Of a stretch of DNA of 64,000 nt, positions 59,317 to 64,000 are shown piece by piece. The notes under the pieces were generated by a model, which saw only the letters and a program-made list of their open reading frames with translations, had not been told where the DNA came from and made no database searches. Made by a program: the position numbers and the translations under genes. Numbering within the stretch: position 1 is the first letter of the stretch; every line of letters starts with the position of its first letter. The DNA is from Mageeibacillus sp. UBA5436 (GTDB lineage Bacteria; Bacillota; Clostridia; Saccharofermentanales; DTU023), in contig DIRM01000046.1 of the NCBI GenBank assembly GCA_002427545.1, positions 12,383-76,382 on the forward strand. Reading direction: 5' to 3'.

Positions 59317-61176
59317 ATGGCAAAAGTTTCACGTTTTGCAACAACTAGAATATCAGCTAGTCTCATTGCTGATTATAGAAAGAATGATGATGTACAAGAT
59401 TCTTTTTATCTAGACGGCAGATTAGCCAAAAAACGAGAAGAAAACGGTGCTGATGTTACCAATATAGGTGAGGATCGAGGTTTCTTTTTTTCGATTTTTG
59501 CAAATAATTCTATAGATACTTCAGAAGGTTCAGCCACATCAACAGTTTTGAATAAAATGCTGGAAGCCGTTAAATTAGGAAATGATAAAATTGACGATGA
59601 AATTAATGATTTAGCGGATTGTGCAGTGGAAGTCGGTGGACGTGCTACCATTGCTAGAGAAGGTGTCAGACAATCTTATTTTGCGGGAATTATACTTAAA
59701 GAATCTGAAATTGCGGCTGTTACAAGAGGTGGAGCCTGTGCTTTTTTATATAGAAATAATGCACTTTTCCCTTTAACAACTTGTGATACTGATCTAGTTA
59801 ATGCAGATTATCACGGTAATCCAGTTGAACATATGACAGATTTTGCTGCAGGTATTGCAGGTACGATTCGTTATTCTAATATTGCACAAGTTCAGACTCA
59901 AGACATTTTAATTATTTGTAATAAAGAAGTTTTTGATGCAATAGGTCAAAGAGATTTAATTAAAATACTCTATGAAAATGATGATATTGGTGAAGCAGCC
60001 AGTGAAATTATTGACAATGCCAGAGAAAATAATTCAAATGATTCATTGCAAATTCTTTTAGCTCACATAGATGATGTCATTCCAGCTGATCGAACTGGAC
60101 GTTTAAATCTGGGTTTATTTCAGAATCAAAATGATCCTTTAACTCAAGAAACAACGAGATATCAACCAATCAGTTCAGCTAACCAAAATGACTATAATGA
60201 ACATATATCTAAAACTAAAGATACTGATCATGATGCTGATGCTGCCTTTAAACCACAATATCCTTCTACCAGCTTTGAGGATGAACCAAAAGAAGAAATT
60301 ATCAGCTCGAAAACAGAATCTGATTCCACAGATATGCCTTTCAAACAAGGCGAAAATGAAATCACGGAAAATGATAATCAAAGTTTTGAAAAAGCTTCAG
60401 ATGATTTTAAGCATATTGATTTGTCGGATTTAGAAGATAAGAAAATAACTTCTGCCGACAATACAGAATTTAATCAAGTCGAAGATCTTGACGACATACC
60501 AATCTTTGAGCCTGTTGTGCCAACATCAAAACAAAATAGCGAAGCATTTGATGCTGGACATCATTATGCAGATGAGGATTTTGGTGATGTTGTTGATGAG
60601 AGTTTTCATGATCAAACAGATTGGCATAATGATGATAACGATTATGATGCATCTTATGATGAAGATGATGAATATGACGAAGATGAAGATTATTACGAAG
60701 ATAATAAATCATCAAATGTAAAAAGAAATATTCTGTATGTTATCTTGATTTTAATTTGTTTAGTATGTATCTATGCATTAGTACGTATGTTCGTTTCTAA
60801 AGGAGATTCTAAGAAAGCAATTGAATCAGAAACAAATACAACAATTGCAGAAATAGTAAATACAACAGATGAATCTAATGTTCGTACACCAATTCAAAAT
60901 ACTACAGCAGATCCTAGTGGAAAGACGGATACCGAACCAACTGAGAGTTCAGATGGAGATAAAAATACAACAGATGGTTTACAAGTTGGTGATATTGGAA
61001 CTGTTAATATTGAAGTCTTGAATATTCGTTCTGTAGCGAGTGCAGAAGGGGACTTGATGGGTCAATTAGCACAAGGTTCACAAGTTGAAATTATAGATAC
61101 GGATACGGATGGTTGGTATGAAATACGAACAGATGATGGTATTCAAGGTTATGTTTCAGCTGAATATTTAGATTAA
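59317..61176 (+). CDS. Bitopic membrane protein: cytoplasmic PP2C-like domain lacking the metal-binding Asp residues, acidic linker, TM helix, extracellular SH3b domain
   Basis: Residues ~25-252 follow the PPM/PP2C motif order, but with FANN, TRGGA and CNKE at the DGxGG, GDSR and SDG positions. Acidic low-complexity region at residues 290-465. TM helix at residues 471-493 (nt 60727-60795). SH3b domain (VNIEVLNIRSVAS...GWYEIRTDDGIQGYVSAEYL) at the C-terminus. Confidence 0.6.
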   Translation: MAKVSRFATTRISASLIADYRKNDDVQDSFYLDGRLAKKREENGADVTNIGEDRGFFFSIFANNSIDTSEGSATSTVLNKMLEAVKLGNDKIDDEINDLADCAVEVGGRATIAREGVRQSYFAGIILKESEIAAVTRGGACAFLYRNNALFPLTTCDTDLVNADYHGNPVEHMTDFAAGIAGTIRYSNIAQVQTQDILIICNKEVFDAIGQRDLIKILYENDDIGEAASEIIDNARENNSNDSLQILLAHIDDVIPADRTGRLNLGLFQNQNDPLTQETTRYQPISSANQNDYNEHISKTKDTDHDADAAFKPQYPSTSFEDEPKEEIISSKTESDSTDMPFKQGENEITENDNQSFEKASDDFKHIDLSDLEDKKITSADNTEFNQVEDLDDIPIFEPVVPTSKQNSEAFDAGHHYADEDFGDVVDESFHDQTDWHNDDNDYDASYDEDDEYDEDEDYYEDNKSSNVKRNILYVILILICLVCIYALVRMFVSKGDSKKAIESETNTTIAEIVNTTDESNVRTPIQNTTADPSGKTDTEPTESSDGDKNTTDGLQVGDIGTVNIEVLNIRSVASAEGDLMGQLAQGSQVEIIDTDTDGWYEIRTDDGIQGYVSAEYLD

Positions 61177-61213
61177 TAGACCATTGATTAATCAAATTGA
61201 TAGATTATAATTT

Positions 61214-61255
61214 AAAGCTGAGTTCTGTTAATTTTTTAAAGACTCAGCTTTTTTA
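61214..61255 (+). terminator. Rho-independent terminator upstream of alaS
   Basis: aaagctgagt (61214-61223) / actcagcttt (61242-61251), followed by a T-run. Confidence 0.8.
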
Positions 61256-61310
61256 AAATGATTATGATATTCATAATTTATAATATTTTTTCTAATTAAG
61301 GAGAACCCGT

Positions 61311-63965
61311 ATGAAAGCAATGGGCTTAAATGAAATACGTACAAAATACTTGGAATTTTTTGAATCAAAACAGCATTTAATCATGCCTAGTTTTTCTCTA
61401 ATCCCTAAAAATGATCCTTCTATTTTATTAATTAATGCTGGAATGACACCCTTAAAGCCTTATTTTACAGGTGCTGAGACTCCGCCTGCTAAAAGAGCAA
61501 CCACTTGTCAAAAATGTGTCAGAACTCAAGATATAGAAAATGTTGGTTTAACAGCTAGACATGCTACTTTTTTTGAAATGCTAGGTAATTTTTCATTTGG
61601 TGATTATTTTAAAGAAGAAGCTATTACTTGGGCTTGGGAATTTTGTACAGAAGTTTTGAATATGCCTACTGAACGACTTTATGTCACTGTCTATTTAGAT
61701 GATGATGAAGCCTATGATATTTGGCATAAAAAAATTGGCTTACCCGAAGAAAAGATTTTCCGTTTTGGAAAAGAAGATAATTTTTGGGAGCATGGAACCG
61801 GCCCTTGTGGACCTTGCTCAGAGATATTTTATGATCGTGGTGAAAAATATGGCTGTGGCAAAGAAGATTGCACCGTTGGCTGTGAATGTGATCGCTATAT
61901 TGAATTTTGGAATTTAGTTTTTACACAATTTGAAAAAGATGAAGAAGGAAATTATCATCCTTTAAAACAAAAAAACATCGATACAGGCTGCGGTCTGGAA
62001 AGATTGGCTAGTATCATGCAAGATGTTGCTACTATATTTGAGGTAGATACCATTAAAGCTGTTATCGAAGCGGTTTGCCAAACGGCAAATGTGGAATATG
62101 GTAAAGATGCAGAAACGGATATTGCAATTCGAGTCATAACAGATCATATTCGAAGCACCGTATTTATGATTAGCGATGGTATAGAACCTTCAAATGAACG
62201 TCGTGGCTATGTTCTAAGACGATTGATTAGGCGTGCTTCACGCTATGGAAGAAAACTGGGTGTAGAGAATATCTTCTTGGCAGATTTAGCAAAAGTCGTC
62301 ATTGAACAATCAAAAGAGGCTTATCCAGAGTTAGCAGAACGTTCAAATTCGATTATTCGTGTTATTGTGCAAGAAGAAAAAGCTTTTGCGAATACAATCA
62401 AACAAGGCTCACAAATTCTAGCAGATTATCTGACAGAGAGTAAAAAAACAAAATCTAAAGAATTGAGCGGGGAACAAGTTTTTAAATTACATGATACATA
62501 TGGTTTTCCAGTAGATTTAACTCGTGAAATTGCAGCAGAACAAGATATAGCTATTGATTTAGATGGCTTTAATAAATTGATGCAAGAACAAAAAGCAAGA
62601 GCTAGGAAAGCAACCTTAGAGAATACAGATTCGGCTTGGGATGCCAATAGTCTGCCAGATACGATTGATCAAAGTCAGCCGACAAAATTCTTAGGATATG
62701 AACAATTAGAGGCAGAAAGTCAATTGCTTTATATTTTACAGAATACAGGTAATGGTTTAGAAATTGTTGAGTCAGCAGAAGCAGGAGAACCAGTTTTAAT
62801 TATAAGCAATCAAACACCTTTTTATGCTGAATCAGGTGGTCAAGTTGGAGATCAAGGTTGGATTAAAAATGATTATAGTAAAGTCGAAATCCATACTGTA
62901 AGCAAAAACGGTTCGAATATTTATTTACATCAAGGCAAAGTTGTAGAAGGGACCATTCATAGCGGCGATCAAATGCATTTCATAGTTGATCATGAGCTTC
63001 GGATGGCAACTCAACGCAATCACACAGCGACACATGTTTTACATCAAGCACTTTATCAAGTCTTAGGCGATCATGTTGAACAAGCAGGCTCTTTAGTTGA
63101 ACCAAATCGCTTACGCTTTGATTTTAAGCATTATCAACCAATCAATCGAAACGAGCTGGATCAAATTGAGAAGATTTGTAATGATGCTATCTTAGAAGAT
63201 TTACCAGTTACAACTCAAATTATGGATTTGGAAGAAGCAAAAGAATCTGGTGCTCGAGCTCTATTTGGCGAAAAGTATTCAGATCGTGTTCGTGTTGTTT
63301 CAATTGGTAATTTCAGTAAAGAATTATGTGGTGGTACACATTTAAAATATAGTACTCAAATTGGTAGTTTGAGAATTTTGTCAGAAACAGGTATTGCAGC
63401 AGGAGTGCGCCGAATTGAAGCAGTAACAGGAACAGCAGCTTATGATTATGCTGTTAAAGAAAATAATATTTTATTGAATTTATCAGATCAATTAAAAACA
63501 AATCCAGATAAAATTTTAGATCGGATTGAACAATTACAAGATAAGCAAAAAGAATTAGAAAAAGAAATGTCTGCTTTCAAATCAAAGCAAGCTGCTAATA
63601 TAGCTGATGAATTGCTGAAACAAGTCGAAACTATAGGTGAGATCAAAGTGACTTTTTCTAAATTACAAAATGCTGAATCAGATCAATTACGACAAACAGG
63701 CGATCAAATGCGTGATTATTTTCAAGATGAACCCTATATGATTGTCCTTGCTTCTGAAAATAAAAATAAAGTAATATGGCTGATTATGGCTAATAAAGAG
63801 GCCATAAATCATGGCGTACATGCTGGTAATTTAATTCGAGAAGCAGCTAAAATCACTGGCGGTGGTGGTGGTGGTCGTCCTGATATGGCACAAGCTGGCG
63901 GTAAAGATGCCCAAAAAATAGAACAAGCTTTTGCTTCAATCAGAGATAAAGTTAAAGAATTATAA
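61311..63965 (+). CDS. alaS: Alanyl-tRNA synthetase
   Basis: 884 aa. FFEMLGNFSFGDYFK, editing-domain HTATHVLH...CGGTH, and C-terminal DHHA1 with GGGGGGRPDMAQAGG. Confidence 0.97.
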   Translation: MKAMGLNEIRTKYLEFFESKQHLIMPSFSLIPKNDPSILLINAGMTPLKPYFTGAETPPAKRATTCQKCVRTQDIENVGLTARHATFFEMLGNFSFGDYFKEEAITWAWEFCTEVLNMPTERLYVTVYLDDDEAYDIWHKKIGLPEEKIFRFGKEDNFWEHGTGPCGPCSEIFYDRGEKYGCGKEDCTVGCECDRYIEFWNLVFTQFEKDEEGNYHPLKQKNIDTGCGLERLASIMQDVATIFEVDTIKAVIEAVCQTANVEYGKDAETDIAIRVITDHIRSTVFMISDGIEPSNERRGYVLRRLIRRASRYGRKLGVENIFLADLAKVVIEQSKEAYPELAERSNSIIRVIVQEEKAFANTIKQGSQILADYLTESKKTKSKELSGEQVFKLHDTYGFPVDLTREIAAEQDIAIDLDGFNKLMQEQKARARKATLENTDSAWDANSLPDTIDQSQPTKFLGYEQLEAESQLLYILQNTGNGLEIVESAEAGEPVLIISNQTPFYAESGGQVGDQGWIKNDYSKVEIHTVSKNGSNIYLHQGKVVEGTIHSGDQMHFIVDHELRMATQRNHTATHVLHQALYQVLGDHVEQAGSLVEPNRLRFDFKHYQPINRNELDQIEKICNDAILEDLPVTTQIMDLEEAKESGARALFGEKYSDRVRVVSIGNFSKELCGGTHLKYSTQIGSLRILSETGIAAGVRRIEAVTGTAAYDYAVKENNILLNLSDQLKTNPDKILDRIEQLQDKQKELEKEMSAFKSKQAANIADELLKQVETIGEIKVTFSKLQNAESDQLRQTGDQMRDYFQDEPYMIVLASENKNKVIWLIMANKEAINHGVHAGNLIREAAKITGGGGGGRPDMAQAGGKDAQKIEQAFASIRDKVKEL

Positions 63966-63974
63966 AGAGGAAAC

Positions 63975-64000
63975 ATGGATAATTGTATTTTTTGTAAAAT
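63975..64000 (+). CDS. 5' end of an unidentified CDS (MDNCIFCK...); the N-terminus resembles HIT-family proteins
   Basis: ATG at 63975, 5 nt after AAGAGG. Only 8 codons are visible before the window ends. Confidence 0.3.

Noticed and set aside
60175-60721. Cluster of 68-81-aa ORFs on both strands inside the 59317-61176 gene.
   Set aside because: They arise from the GAT/GAA-rich low-complexity acidic linker, which keeps alternative frames open. Their translations are compositionally aberrant (His, Met and Ile runs) and they have no RBS.

Overview
The window is a low-GC (roughly one-third GC by eye, not computed) chromosomal segment from a Gram-positive Bacillota-type anaerobe. Supporting markers are PFOR, rubredoxin, the Prp/L27 propeptide system, CIRCE/HrcA heat-shock control, and GlnRS next to GluRS. 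Most of it is core housekeeping. This includes a fused pgk-tpiA, nifJ/PFOR, a dnaD-like/dnaI/acpS block, a tRNA-Met/tRNA-Glu/rpmB locus, galM, gltX-glnS, nfeD-SPFH, hemW-hrcA-grpE-dnaK-dnaJ-prmA, cysK-cysE, rplU-prp-rpmA-obg, groES-groEL, radA-ispD and alaS. It also holds two paralogous heterodimeric ABC exporter pairs, an ABC-2 transporter, an ABC-F protein, and MscS, LCP and CvpA-like envelope proteins. I saw no rRNA, CRISPR array, transposase, integrase or prophage genes. The best candidate for a new system is a two-gene cassette at 22830-24724. It pairs an SMC/ABC-type (OLD/AAA_21-like) ATPase, whose Walker B catalytic Glu is replaced by Asn, with a small protein carrying a TOPRIM-like E...DxD signature. 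The cassette sits between the nfeD-SPFH pair and hemW, upstream of the conserved hemW-hrcA-dnaK block, and its layout recalls split OLD / PARIS / AbiL-type anti-phage nuclease modules. A second theme is a set of exported or membrane-anchored proteins that keep an enzyme fold but appear, by eye alignment, to have lost catalytic residues: NlpC/P60-like, PP2C-like, thioredoxin-like and M28-like. All family assignments come from motif reading of the translations, since no database search was possible.
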